Shown: positions 50,350 to 63,400 of the stretch, one piece after another
Numbering within the stretch: the stretch's first letter is position 1
Layout: the number at the start of each line of letters is the position of its first letter
From: Eledone cirrhosa
Taxonomy: Eukaryota
Assembly (NCBI GenBank): GCA_964016885.1
Contig: OZ024740.1
Location: 288,920,001-288,984,000 of the forward strand
Direction of reading: 5' to 3'
DNA: 64,000 nucleotides
The notes under the pieces: model-generated
Told to the model about the DNA's origin: nothing
Database searches by the model: none
The model's input: only the letters and a program-made list of their open reading frames with translations
Position numbers and translations under genes: made by a program

Positions 50350-53065
50350 AATAAAAGTAGAGTTTAGTATTAAACCCTTTCATAATGGACAGCATGTGCA
50401 GCATCAGTACCATGTAAGCATGAAAAACATCCCAAAAGTGTAATTTGGGAGAGTGCAGCAGTCCAACTTGCCAGGAAAGAATGTTGTGATGCTGAATAGG
50501 AATACAGGCTACATTGATCAGAGGTTAATAGAAAAAAGTGCAATAGATCATCTAACCATCTCAAGCAGATGGCAAAAAAGGCAGTGCTTGAATTTGAATA
50601 GTGTATAGCAACCAACTCTGATAGCAAAGTATTCTGGAAATATGTACATTCAAAGCAGAGACTTCACTCTCCAGTTGGTCTTCCACACAGGCCGGGTTAC
50701 TGGCGATCCCAAAGAATGTACAGAGCTTATTGCTAAATGTTGTGCAGCCATTTTTACTATTGAAAATCAAAATGTACCATCTCCACCACCTCTAACAACA
50801 AATTCTATAGCATCTATAGAATTTACACCAGCAATGCTGCAATGCCACCTTAAGAATAAGTGCAACTATACCTCTCCTGCTCTTGATGATGTTACATACC
50901 TGCTTCTCAAATATGGTGGGTACTTTTTTTCTGCACCAGCTTTCACTCTTCTTTCAATTCTGCCTTTACAACAGTGTTACCCCAGAGCAGTGGAAAACTG
51001 CCAGTGTCATTCATCTGTTCAAAAAAAGGTAATTGCATATAACCTGTCAACTATTGTCCAGTCAATCTTACTAGCTGCATCACCAAACTGATGGAGTCCT
51101 GTGTCTGAGAAACACTCTGGAACTTCTGGAACTCTCACAGCCTTATCCGGCCTTCACAATTTGAATTTAACCCTAACTCCAGCTGTGATCAACTCATCGA
51201 TTTTCTTGAAGACATTACCCAAATCACTGATGGTGGCTCATGGGTGGATATTATTCATCTTGACTTTGCTAAAGCTTTTAATTCTGTGCCATACAAAAGA
51301 CTTATGGCAAATCTCTCTGCAATGGGTGTGAGAGATGATCTTTATAACTGGTTAAAGTCCTTCATTCTCAGTCGAAAAGAGGTAGTCCCAGTTCTAGGAC
51401 AGCATTCTTCACCGTATGAGATGTCATCTGGGGTACTGCAGGGATCTGTTCTTGGTCCCCTTTTGTTTGTTGCATATATTAATGACATAGATGCCAACTT
51501 ACCATAGTGCTGAAATATGCAGATGACATAAAGCTGTACCTTGAGATAAAAAGGACAGACCCTGTACGCTTTCCTGCAATGGATTATGGACTGGCAACTC
51601 AAGCTGGCTGTGGACAAGTGTACTACCATGCATTTTGGGAGAAAAAACCCAGCGTTCACATATTCCCTCCACAACAGCAATCTTAAAAAGTCTTCTTGTG
51701 AATGTGACCTGGGCATTATTGTCAACAGCATTTTGCATTGGACAAAGAACATCTCTAAAATTTTAAAGAAAGCCGAGGGTGTAAGACCTTTGTCAGCTCT
51801 TCTCCAGCTATCTATTTAAAGCTATATATAGCTATGGTGTGTCCACACTTAGAATTAGCATCACCAGTCTGGAACCCCTATCCTGTTATGAATATTTATT
51901 TTCTGGAAACTGTGTGCGTTGGTATGGACACGTGATGCGCATGAAAGTCGATAGCTGTATAACAAAGTGCAGGGCAATAAAGATAGACGGTAGTCACGGA
52001 ATAGGCAGACCTAGAAAAACCTGGGACGAGCTGATAAACTCCGACATCACACACTTACACCTCTCCAAGACCATGTCACTGGACCGAGACCTTTGGCGGT
52101 ACTCAGTAACAGAGAAGACCCGCCTTACCTAAATATATAGTAAAACCTACTCCAGCCAGTAGGCAAATACACCCCGTCCCACCCCCACCACCCCCACCCC
52201 ATCCACACCACCCCGTTCTATGTAAAGTTATGTTGGTGCCGCGCCATCCAGGCCGAAACAAATGAGATCGTGTAGGTGTCACGACAAAAAAAACACGCAG
52301 TCCACGCTGTAATGTGGCTGTGTAGGCAACACGGTAAAAACCTCCCAGACCCACACTGTAAATGTGGTTGGTGTTAGGAAGGGCATCCAACTGTAGAAAA
52401 CCTGCCAGACAGTCCTATGCGAGCAAGACAATCACTCTTGCCTCAAGTGGGACTACCCCCGTCCAAACCCATGCAAGCGTGGAACACGGACGTTAAACGT
52501 TGATGATGATGATGATGATGTTCAGAGACATGCAACCAAACAAATTCCTTCCACCAGGCATCTACCATACTCTAAATGCCTTGCTTCCCTGGGCATGGAT
52601 ACATTAAATCTCTGACGTCTGGCAACTAACTTGGTAGACACCCACAAGATTATTAACCATCTTTTCAAGAACAACCCTGAGTACCTTTTTGAATTCCATG
52701 TGTCTAACACCTGTGGACATGCTTACAAAATCAAAAAACAGTACAGCTCCCATGACTTTTGGAAATATTTTTTTATGCTCAGAGTTGCTGAAGCATGGAA
52801 GAAATTACCTGCATCAGTTGTTAGCTATCGGGAGATTGCATCCTTCAAAACTTCCATGCTTCCCGAAATTCACCAACACTACACCTGATATTCCCCCTCC
52901 ATACACACATATGCATGTGTGTGTGTGTATATCATGACTTATACACCGTTCACTTTCCTGACATTTGTACATTATTCTATGTACTATACATGCACCATTG
53001 ATGAGTTGCTGTACACCTGAGCACTGTGCACAATAATTTTCACTATTATTATTATTATTATTATT
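50350..53065 (+). mobile_element. CR1-like LINE, decayed, interrupted by an RTE A insertion; (TTA)n tail
   Basis: LDFAKAFNSVP, SGVLQGSVLGPLLFVAYIND, KYADDIKL, DLGIIV, RVAEAWKKLP. Confidence 0.88.
51917..52520 (+). mobile_element. RTE family A, short 3' copy
   Basis: Near-identical reverse complement of 7384-7980. Confidence 0.95.
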
Positions 53066-53066
53066 A

Positions 53067-53253
53067 AGGGCGGTGAATTGGCAGTATTGGTAGAGGGTCG
53101 GACGCCATGCTTTGACGTATAGAGTTACGGCCCTTGCCATTCTGAGTTCAAATCCCGCCAAGGTTAACTTTGCCTTTCATCCTTACAGGGTCGATAAAAT
53201 AAAGTACCAGTAATGCACTGAGTAATTGCTGGCCTTGTGCCTAACGTAGAAAC

Positions 53254-53285
<32 letters not shown>
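53067..53285 (+). mobile_element. tRNA-headed SINE with Nin/Deu-like core and (ATT)n tail
   Basis: GGCGGTGAATTGGCAG head, GAGTTCAAATCC B box, GCCTTTCATCCTTACAGGGTCGATAAAATAAAGTACCAG core. The 3' end is duplicated at about 53288-53345. Confidence 0.8.
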
Positions 53286-53287
<2 letters not shown>

Positions 53288-54529
53288 TGCACTGGGTAAT
53301 TGCTGGCCTTGTGCCTAAAGTAGAAATAATAATTATTATTATTGATAATAATAATAATATATAACTATATTTCTACTGACTGACAATCTGTGGAAAATTT
53401 TATTCTAAATAGGAACTTTTTAAAATTAGTGGTTTTGTTTCATAGAACCAGATCCTGATGGCATCTGGCACAAAAAGGAAATGGTCAGTCAATGTCTGGT
53501 ATTTAGTTATCTTTGCTCTTCAACATTATGGCTGCTTGGGTTTGTGGCTGAAATAATGTTATTAAAGTTATACATTTTCATTGGGTTGGAATCAATTGCC
53601 ATATTTTGTATGCTCTAATAACTGAATAATGTGATTTCAATATGTACAAAGTTTTTGATAGGATTAATTTTTCATACAAATTGAAGTTTGGTTGTATCAA
53701 TCGTCATATAAAGAATAGGCTTACTTTTATTTTAATATATCTTTTGTTTGATATTTAAATTTAGGTTTTCACCTAAAATATCAAAATCTTAAAGGATAAA
53801 CCTAAAAGGTTTTGTTGTATACCATTAATTTAAATCATTGCTGTGGTATCATGCCAATGAGGGATCTTTTACAAGACAGCTCACTCTGCTAGAAATAGCA
53901 GGTAAATCTCTCTCAAATTACACTCTTCTGTCTTCAAATTAGGATTCATTAAATATTATACTCCTAGATGTATCTAAAAATTTGAGATGGTCATAACTAA
54001 AACATCTATAATCAAAGGTGTATTGGATCAGATTTGACTCATGTCTAAATAGCAGTAACAGCAATCATCCCAAATTAGCTTCACTCATGATCATGATCAT
54101 TATACTGTTGATTTTATACAAAGCTACAAAAACTAGTTTTGCTGGTTTTTTTGGAGGGAAATACTTGGTTATAACAATACAGTAATTATTTGATATTCAG
54201 AAAAGATATCTTGTTTAGAGCTATAATTTTATAGTTTAAGACTAGCTGAAATCATGTCAGGTTTTTCAGAATGTGATGAGTAATCATGCAAATATCTTAT
54301 TATTGATATAGCTTTGATAGTTAAACTACAGACAGCATTAGTTTAACATTGTGCTTTTCCCATGTTTTGATAATGATGTGTGAGGCCTCTGCTTCTGGTT
54401 TACCTCAACCATTACTTGTCATTCATCATTCATCATCCCTTTGAAATGCTTTCCAGTACAATCATCCATCTAAATACATTAAACAATACATGAAATATCC
54501 AATAACTTTCATAACTCACTTGAATTTAA

Positions 54530-54970
54530 ACTGGCTTTCTTCAATTCGGTATTCGTGCCAACCCTTTCCTATGGTCATGAATCTTGAGTAATGACTGAAA
54601 GAATATGATTGCAAATACAAATGGGATTCCTCCAAAGGGTCTTTGGAATAACATTACTTGGTAAAGTGTGTAGCTTGGAGATTAGAGAGTCACTCCAGGT
54701 AGAGCCGTTACTTCTAATTGAGAGATCACAGCTCCGATACTATGGGCATGTGTTTAGAATTCTCAGGAAAGAATCGCTGGACAGATTTTACTGCTAAAAC
54801 CAACTGGCAAGAGACCCAGGGGCAGATCCCGAGCAAGATCGTTGGATGACATCCATAAGCTTGGCTGGTCTCACTTGGGGATCCAGCTGGATCAGTTGCT
54901 TCTGACAGGACCCACTTGGAGTGTTTGAGGACTTTGCCCCAACGATCTTTTCAGGAATAAGTGGGCGAAG
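54530..54970 (+). mobile_element. RTE 3' remnant, same family as 1-690
   Basis: IERSQLRYYGHV, KRPRGRSRAR. Confidence 0.8.
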
Positions 54971-56152
54971 AAGAAGGAGGAAGAGGTGGAGGGTTAATTG
55001 CTGTTATTATTGACAAGCAAATTCACTAACCCAGTCCTCCTTGATATGATATTGCTAATTGAAAGTCATTAGAGTTTAAGAGAAAATGTCCTGTAATATA
55101 TTTTCTATCTCTCTGTGTTCAGAGTTAAAATCCTTTGCTTTATTTTTTATCATTTTGGATTTGGTAAACTAAAGTCCATGATTGACAGTATTGATGGAGT
55201 GTTGCATGAAATGTTTTGCCCTGTTTGTTCCAGCTTTTAGCATTCTGAATTCAAATCCGTATGTGGTCTATTTGGGTCATAAATAGATTTAATCTGTCAC
55301 CCAGTTTAAGACCACCACCTGGCCATTGGGTGCTTTTAATGGAATCCACTCTGTTGCATGCATTTGGACTTGGTCTCCAGTTTAAGGATAATTTCCATGC
55401 TCTCTCCCATCAGTTTTGGAGGCTCCTGAAAAGGGTCATGAGCACAGCCCTTGTCTTATTGACTAAACCGGAACAAAAAAATAAATCCCTGTTCACATTA
55501 TATATCTAACATATAATACTTGGTTCATTCCTTTCCAATTTTCTCCATGTTTCATGATCACACAACTTAACATATTTGACACTAATCCTCCCTAAACCTT
55601 TTCTGGATCACAAAGATTATCTTGGATATAAGCAGATGAGTATAACATCTCTTGAATAGTCTTTCACAAGTAACTTTACCCAGAACTGAAATTGAACTTA
55701 GCACTACATGTGAATGAATAGCTACTCAATTACACTTTAAGCTAGCTGGATTGTATTACAGTTTACAGTTTATGTGGACTTTACCTTTTGAAAGTTAAAT
55801 ATTTGGGCTAGACACACAAATACATACACCACACATATAGAGTATTCATGATTACATATGAACCACTGATCTCTTGACTTAGCATTTGATATCCTCATGA
55901 TTCAACCATCTGTTTCTCTTTAATGCGTGTGCACATGCATGTGCACATGCAAACAATACAGTTTGTTTTTCAATATGTTATCAAGCTCCTTCCATTCAAG
56001 TTCCTTGTACTTAATTAATTAGGAAACTATTTCAGACATTTCATAGTTTTTTAGCATATATGTCCATTAGTTGTTGCAAAATCGTGAAATCAAGGCTCCA
56101 ACACATTCATCTCACAACTACTGGTCTTTTGTCACTAGTATTAAAACTACTG

Positions 56153-57431
56153 GCACGGCCTAGAATCAAAAGGCCTTAAAATTAACCTGGCTAAGACTAA
56201 AGTTCTAGTTTGTAAGAAAGAAAATAAGGCGGCGGTCCCTTCCGGGAAGTGGCCATGCTCAGTGTGTAGGAAAGGCGTAGGTAGAAACTCCATTTTGTGT
56301 CCCAAATGCAAAGTATGGGTGCTAAAAGATGTAGTGGGATCACAGGTAAGCTAACTAAGAACATAGATTTTACATGTGACCGGTGCTCTGGTGCAATAAG
56401 TAGCAGCAAGTGCCCACAAAATACTAGCTCTTTCAACTGCGCAGAGGGTTCTATAGAAATAGTGGACAGCTTCCGTTACCTGGGTGACAAAATCAGCAGT
56501 GGGGGAGGGTGCTCTGAAAGTACAGTAGCTAGAGTCAGAACTGGATGGAAAAAGTTCAGAGAGCTTATACCACTATTAGCCGCTAAAGGGTTCTCCCTAA
56601 AAATGAAAGGCAGGTTGTACGATGCCTGCATACGAACAGCAATGTTGCATCGCAGTGAGACCTGGGCATTGTGTGCAGAGGATATACGCAGACTAGAGAG
56701 GAACGAAGCTTGCATGCTCCGCTGGATGTGTAATAGTAATATACGTGAACGGCAAACAAAGCATAAACAAACTAAGGAAAAAATTAGAAATAAGAGGGAT
56801 CAGATGTTGTTTACTCGAGAGAAGGCTACGTTGGTATGGTCACGTGATGCGCATGAAAGACGATAGCTGTATAACAAAGTGCAGGGCAATAAAGATAGAC
56901 GGTAGCCACGGAATAGGCAGACCTAGAAAAACCTGGGACGAGCTGATAAATTCCGACCTCACACACTTACACCTCACCAAGACAATGTCACTGGACCAAG
57001 ACCTTTGGCGGTACTCAGTAATAGAGAAGACCCGCCTTACCTAAATACAAAGTAAAACCTACTACAGTTAGTAGGCATCTCTAACAAAATACACCCCCGT
57101 CCCACCACCCCCACCCCATCCACACCACCCCTTTCAATGTAAAGTTATGTTGGTGCCACAACATCCAGGCCGAAACAAATGAGATCGTGTATGTGTCACG
57201 TCAAAAAACACACAGTTCACGCTGTAATGTGGCCGTGTAGGCAACACGGTAAAAACCTCCCAGCCCCACACTGTAAATGTGGTTGGTGTTAGGAAGGGCA
57301 TCCAGCTGTAGAAAACCCGCCAGATAGTCCTATGCGAGCAAGATAATCACTCTTGACTCAAGTGGGAAACCCCCGTCCAAACCCATGCAAGCGTGGAACA
57401 CGGACGTTAAACGTTGATGATGATGATGATG
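56153..57431 (+). mobile_element. RTE family A, 1.28-kb 3' copy
   Basis: Near-identical reverse complement of 7384-8653, with small frameshifts. Confidence 0.95.
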
Positions 57432-58136
57432 TCAGGTTCCAAGATATGTTTAGTTTTTTAAATAAATTCAGTTATACTAACAAATGACCCAGTTGGAACA
57501 TTATACTATCTCTTGTTATTTGATCATACTTCTGACATATGAGAGTTGAACGCAGTATAGTTGAAAGGTTAAAAAGTTTGCCTCACAATTATAAGGTCTC
57601 ATGTTTATTCTACTGTGTGGCATCTTGGGCAAGTGTGATTTACTACAGCCCCAGGTTGTCATAAGCCATGTAAGTGAAATTGGTTTAAATGGAAACTGCT
57701 TGGAAGCCTGTCGAATGAAGTGTACCTGTATGTAATTCAAAGGGCCAGCCCTGTCATCTTCTTGAGAAGTACGCATGTCTGTGGAATGCTCAACTATTTG
57801 CTCATCACTTTCATAAGCAGGCTGTTCTATTGATTGAACAATTAGAACACTCATTATCAAAACTGATGGAGATCCATTCCATTCTAAATGTATGATTAAA
57901 GGTGTTTTACATCTTTTATTCAGTCATAGCATATCTAGGACTAAAATTATCGAGTGTGTTCTTCCTTACTTGAAGACGATAGTGTGTGATTTAACCCTTT
58001 AATGTTCAAACCGGCCAAAACCGGCCAGACTTCTTTACCCTTTTCTGTTGAAACTGGCTGTAACTGGTCACTCAAACTGATGTTAAGGTATTGTTCTCAA
58101 AATAAATACTTTCAAAATCGCATAGATTCGATATTA

Positions 58137-59371
58137 TCATAATCTATAAAGCTCAGTGTGTGGTCATGCTCCTTTCTTATAGAAATCTACGATATAGAAT
58201 TTCTTCAATTGAAATTTACAATTCAGTATTCCAAATAGCTTCGATTGCGTCTTGGCACAGATAATTTTTTCAATTTCACTCACAATTACGCAAAACATAG
58301 ATAAAACTCAATATTTTACGATTTTTCTCTGTCATTTAAACTGCTAAACTCTTTCCACTACCATTCAAAATCTATACAACTTCATACTTTCTGCTACTTT
58401 CTCTTTCCAAGCTTGATGGTGATACTGTCCGTTTTACTCTCTCATATCATCTGCTTCTTATTACATTTCATACGAAACGACAATTATTCAAAAGCAACAG
58501 ATACATTTATTCAACAACAAGCGATAAATCTTTTTTAAAACCTCTTTTCCAAACGCATACAAACACACACTCATTCAACAACAACAACAACAACAATCTG
58601 CCTTTTATAGATAATGATAAACAATAATATCCTCTATGAGGTCACTAAACCTTCTAGAAACAGCAGCTAACTCTCCCCCATATCACACCCCTCCCTAATG
58701 TCTTAAATTTAGAAAATATATCTTCTATGAGGTCACTAAACCTGCTAGAAACAGCAGCTAACTCTCCCCCATATCACACCACTCCCTACTGTCTTAAATT
58801 TAGAAAACACATATCCTCTATGAGGTTACTAAACCTGCTAGAAACAGCAGCTAACTCTCCCCCATATCACACCCCTCCCTACTGTCTTAAATTTAGAAAA
58901 CATATCTTCTATGAGGTCACTAAACCTGCTAGAAACAGCAGCTAACTCTCCCCATAACACACCACTCCCTACTGTCTTAAATTTAGAAAACATATCCTCT
59001 ATGAGGTCACTAAACCTGCTAGAAACAATAGCTAACTCTTCCTCATATCACAACCCTCCCTACTGTCTTAAATTTAGAAAACACACAGACAACCATGCAG
59101 AACAACTCCATCGCAGCTCTGTTGTTCGGCTGGCATCGTCTACGCGCGTGTTGCGCAAGTACTGTGAAACAATAAATTTCAACACTTTTTTGCACAGAGA
59201 TAATATCCATAGGCGAAACTACAATTGTCACTGCTGGCGCAGCTCCTGCTTCCAGGTTTGCAATTCATTTACCGAGTGCCTGGCAGACAAAAAAGTACTG
59301 CCATAAAATGGGTGGTGCAACCTAACTTTGGTAACTTAATGACCCCGAGCAACGCCGGGCTTTAATGCTAG
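58137..59371 (+). mobile_element. Non-autonomous Helitron (1235 bp)
   Basis: 5' TC, 3' CCCGAGCAACGCCGGG hairpin and CTAG. Inserted between A and T with no TSD, by comparison with the empty site GATTCGATATTA|TGTGAGATA near 39011-39031. Confidence 0.92.
58627..59082 (+). repeat. Tandem array of 5 units of about 91 bp inside the Helitron
   Basis: ATGAGG anchors at 58636, 58727, 58820, 58911 and 59001. Confidence 0.95.
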
Positions 59372-61601
59372 TGTGAGATAAAGCATTTACCATGAAAATA
59401 TAATAGTATATATAGAGTAATGTGAATGCTAAAGGGTTAAAGGAAATTTAACAGATCTATCTTGCATGTGTATTGACAATGTAGAGGCTCTCTTGTTAGC
59501 TTGGCTGGTTGTGATTGTGTTAGTATGTGTAGGGTAAAATATATGTATATTTGTATTTGGTTATGTTGGCGTGATATTGCAAATGTCTCATACACGTATG
59601 GTGAGTGTTGACTTCTTGTTAAGCTGGATGGAACACTTTTGTATTATTGGTAATGAGTGAATGCTTTGTGGTTTGGGCACTTGACTCATGATCTTATGGT
59701 TGTAAGTTCATTTCCCAGACGGCACATTGTGATCTTGAGCAAGATGCTTTATTTCTCATTGCTCCAGTCCATTCAACTGGAAAAAAATTAGTTGTGGTGA
59801 CATTGGTGCCAAACTGTATTGGCCTTTGCCCTTCCCTTGGACACCATTAGTGTCTGTCATGAAAAGGTGAGATGTGCATGCATGGATGATTGCTGGTTTG
59901 TCACAAAACATCTTACCTGAGTTTGTACTTCAAAGAGGCAAACTAATAATCAATCATGGGTATATTACCCATAGCTAGAGCTAGTCATGACCGGAGGAGG
60001 CCTTTTCCTTTTTATAGGTAATGTTACATTCCCAGATAATCTGATCCTATTCCCAATAGCTAGGTGGAATGCTTTTAGCAAAAGGGTTCCTGTCCAAGGA
60101 TAAGTAGAGGTTGATATCCTTTAGCACTACCAATGGTCAAGCTGCTTGACCATGGGTAGCTATTGAATTTAGTTGCATATTCATTGTAATTGAAAATAGC
60201 ATTGTAAAATAGGGTGAGTTCAGTTTACGCTTGAGTTAATGAGTTAATGTTGTCTTGAATTTCCCAAGAGTTGAGTAAATAATTGACAATAATATAGTGA
60301 AGATAAGTAAATTGACTACTCTCCTTCTCTTTAGCACATTGTGTGAGATAAATAAAACCAACTATATTTTTATCATTATGTCTACTTTCTCATTTTTATG
60401 AATTTAGACACTTCCTCTTTTGAAGTTGCTCTATATTTAAATATTTTATCTTTGTATTTAATTTGAATATATTTGTATCAATGAGATACTAAACTACACA
60501 AATTATATTCTAAATGCTATATAACTTGTTTTTGTCAGCTGTTGCTTCCTGTTCAATTCAGGTCTGCTTTTGATATTTTAAGTACCCCCTTACCATAAGA
60601 TATTTATGTATTTAAGGTGGGATAATGGTAGAAGTAGGATCGTGCCTGACTAAATGGCTAGCAGCATTTAGTTACATCTGTTTATGTTCTGAGTTCAAAA
60701 TCCTTTAGAGTGGACTTTATTTTCCATTCTTCTACTGTGGGTTGATAGACTGAGTACCAAGCATATATCAGAGTTAAACCAATGATTTATATCCCTCTCT
60801 TACAAATTTGTGGCCTTCTTCCAATGTGAGAAATCAGTATTTATGTATGTTGCTATAGATGAGAATATATCAAACCATGAGACTTATTGTTCAAACTATG
60901 GACAGTATATACTTCTATCACACTACTTAATTATGTTCTCTGTGGTACATTAGCCATGCCATACCTTGCTCTGATGGGACTGTAAATTTGGCCAGGGTTT
61001 TTACAGCTGGATGCCCTTCCTAACACCTCCTTACCTCTTCATATATATATTTAAATTTTGAAGACCAAAACAATGCATTATGAAGATTGTTAAATTGCCA
61101 AGATAACAAAAGAATCTTGCCTTAGCAAATTTAACGATCCCAAATATTTTCGGGTTTAAAAACCCATTATCAAGGGAGTAACCCTATAAGAGACTTAAAA
61201 ATCGATCGAATAGACTTGCTTGTATGGGAGCAGATTTAAGTGAAATGAAATGAAATGAAAAGATGTTAAAATTTCAAACGTGCGCATTGTGAAATGTATG
61301 ATATATGTATGATATATGCATGTGTGTGCATGAACGTTTGTATTCATGTGCATGAATATAAGTTTATATAGTGAAATATGTGTGTGAATATGTATATAAT
61401 AAAACGGGAAAAATATGTGTGTGAGTCTGTGTTTGTCTACTGTTTGTTCATTACAAATCTGCCCTCCCCAACAGCTCTAAAAGAGGGTACATCTTCAATG
61501 AAATGGGTTGCATACGCAACCGATGCAGCGACACTGCTAATAGAGCCACCCATATCAGACGATTCCACAAGGTACTAGAGATATATAAATATATATATAT
61601 A

Positions 61602-62464
61602 TTTAACGAAGGGTTAAAATGAATTAAGAAATGGATATATGTGGTTATTTAGATATGTGATAATAACAAAATTGTTAGAGGAAATAACATGAATAATAAG
61701 AATAGGTGTAATAACAAGAATATAAAGAATATAAAGAATATATGATTTGGTTATATATTGTTTACTTCACGTGAATCAATTAAAAAGTACATATGTTACA
61801 GTTACCAAGAGTTGTTAATGTTGTTATTGTTTCTGATGTGAGGCTGTTGTAGTCTGTTGTTGTTGTTGGTGTGAAAACAGCGAGCGACAGATAATTGTTG
61901 TTAGAATTTGGAGTCTGTGGTAGTAGTTGTGAGACTGTAGTTAATAAGAGAGAGAGACATGGTTTGTATATCTCTGAATGGTCTGTAGTAACTGTGAACT
62001 ACCGTGGTCTGCAGACAGCGGTGAATCTTCCACATTTGTGTTCTGTAGTAGTAGGGTTCCAATCGCTCTGGGTGTATCTGCAGACCTCATGGGGTCTGTT
62101 GAATAGTGGTGAATCTTTACGTAGCTTGTACTGTAGTGGGGTGTTCCGATGTCTCTGTGTTTCTGTAGACCTCAAAGGCCTGAAGGTAGCGATGAATCTT
62201 TACATAGTTAGTTGTGTATCCTAGCGCTTCGATATCTCTGTGTCTGTAGACCCTTGGGGTCTATTCATAGCAGTAAATCCTTACATAGCTTGTTATAGGT
62301 CTAATGCTCTGATGTATCTCTTTTTGGGATGATAGCACAGGCTTTATATACCTGTCACTTCCTGTCCCCCACCGCATCAACCTGTCTGCACCAAAAGGGT
62401 GTTGACCTAGAATTTAACCTTTAGGTATCACCCTAAGTTCAAGACGCGGACAGATTTCGCTACA
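61602..62464 (-). mobile_element. Probable solo LTR inserted in (TA)n
   Basis: Termini TTTAACGAA / TTCGCTACA (7 of 9 inverted match). TATATAAAG on the minus strand near 62342-62350. Internal TCTGTAG/GTGAATCTT repeats. Confidence 0.5.
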
Positions 62465-62497
62465 TATATATATATATATAAATGAATATATATATAC

Positions 62498-62524
<27 letters not shown>

Positions 62525-62536
<12 letters not shown>

Positions 62537-63400
62537 AAATGGAAGATGTCTGTCTGTGTGTGTGTATGATTTTTATACATTTCCACATTTCTCTACCGAT
62601 TTTGATGATTTTTTTTCCAATGTGCTCCAAATTTACCATGGATAGTCACCGCGTAATAAACTTTGCCAAACATTTCTTGCTTCTATGAAAAAAATCTATA
62701 AAACTAAATGCATGCTGTAACCCTCTCTCTTACATGCTTATTCACTCTCACTACTACCCTAAAAAATCTATGAAACTACATACATGTTGCAACTCTCTCT
62801 CTATATATATACACATATACATATACATCTAAAGAGAGAAAGGGAGATGTAGAGAGAGAGTGAGATAGGTCGTTATACAGAGAGAAGTACAAGATTAACA
62901 GATAGAGGGACAGAGAGAGAGAGAGAATGGCGACGAACGCTGGTTCACACATACACACACACACACACACAAACACATATATATATAAAGACAGAGAGAG
63001 AGAGATCTGCACGTTCTTTATTGTTCTCCATTCTGTAGAGGAAGAGAGAGAGGGGGTATGAGTGAGAGAGAGAGAGGGTATGAGAAAAAAAGGGAGAGGG
63101 GTTGAGAAAGAAAGAAAGTTTAAGCAAAGAATCGCTGCTTTTAACATTAACTGGATCTTCTGAAACTAAAAAATTCAATCTGTGAACGCAGAATTAAATA
63201 TTTCAAGAAACGTTGCAACCGAAGGAAAACAGGAAGACGATATTTTGGTTCGTGAAGACGTTCCGTGGTAATGAATGGAAAAAAGCGAGGATAATACGTC
63301 GTTATGTGGACCGAGATGAACAATTTCATGCAAAGACGAGACCAAGTTTATGGTATAAATGGAGTCGTTAGACTAATATTCTATTTAAAATAACAGAATG
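62525..63400 (+). mobile_element. Possible Helitron-like element, 5' part
   Basis: TATATAAAA followed by a GTCT/GT tract and CCGATTTTGATGA, similar to the start of 37165-37812. No 3' hairpin-CTAG was found. Confidence 0.35.

Larger units (their letters stand above)
57995..59436. mobile_element. piggyBac-type MITE, family 1, split by a Helitron
   Basis: TTAA CCCTTT..AAAGGG TTAA. The halves 57995-58136 and 59372-59436 rejoin to match the other copies. Confidence 0.88.

Noticed and set aside
58627-59082. Regular repeat array suggesting CRISPR
   Set aside because: Whole units repeat with no unique spacers, there are no cas genes, and the context is eukaryotic, inside a Helitron.
61390-61578. 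Small Helitron ending in CTAG
   Set aside because: No 5' TC, no clear subterminal hairpin, and CTAG is followed by A rather than T.
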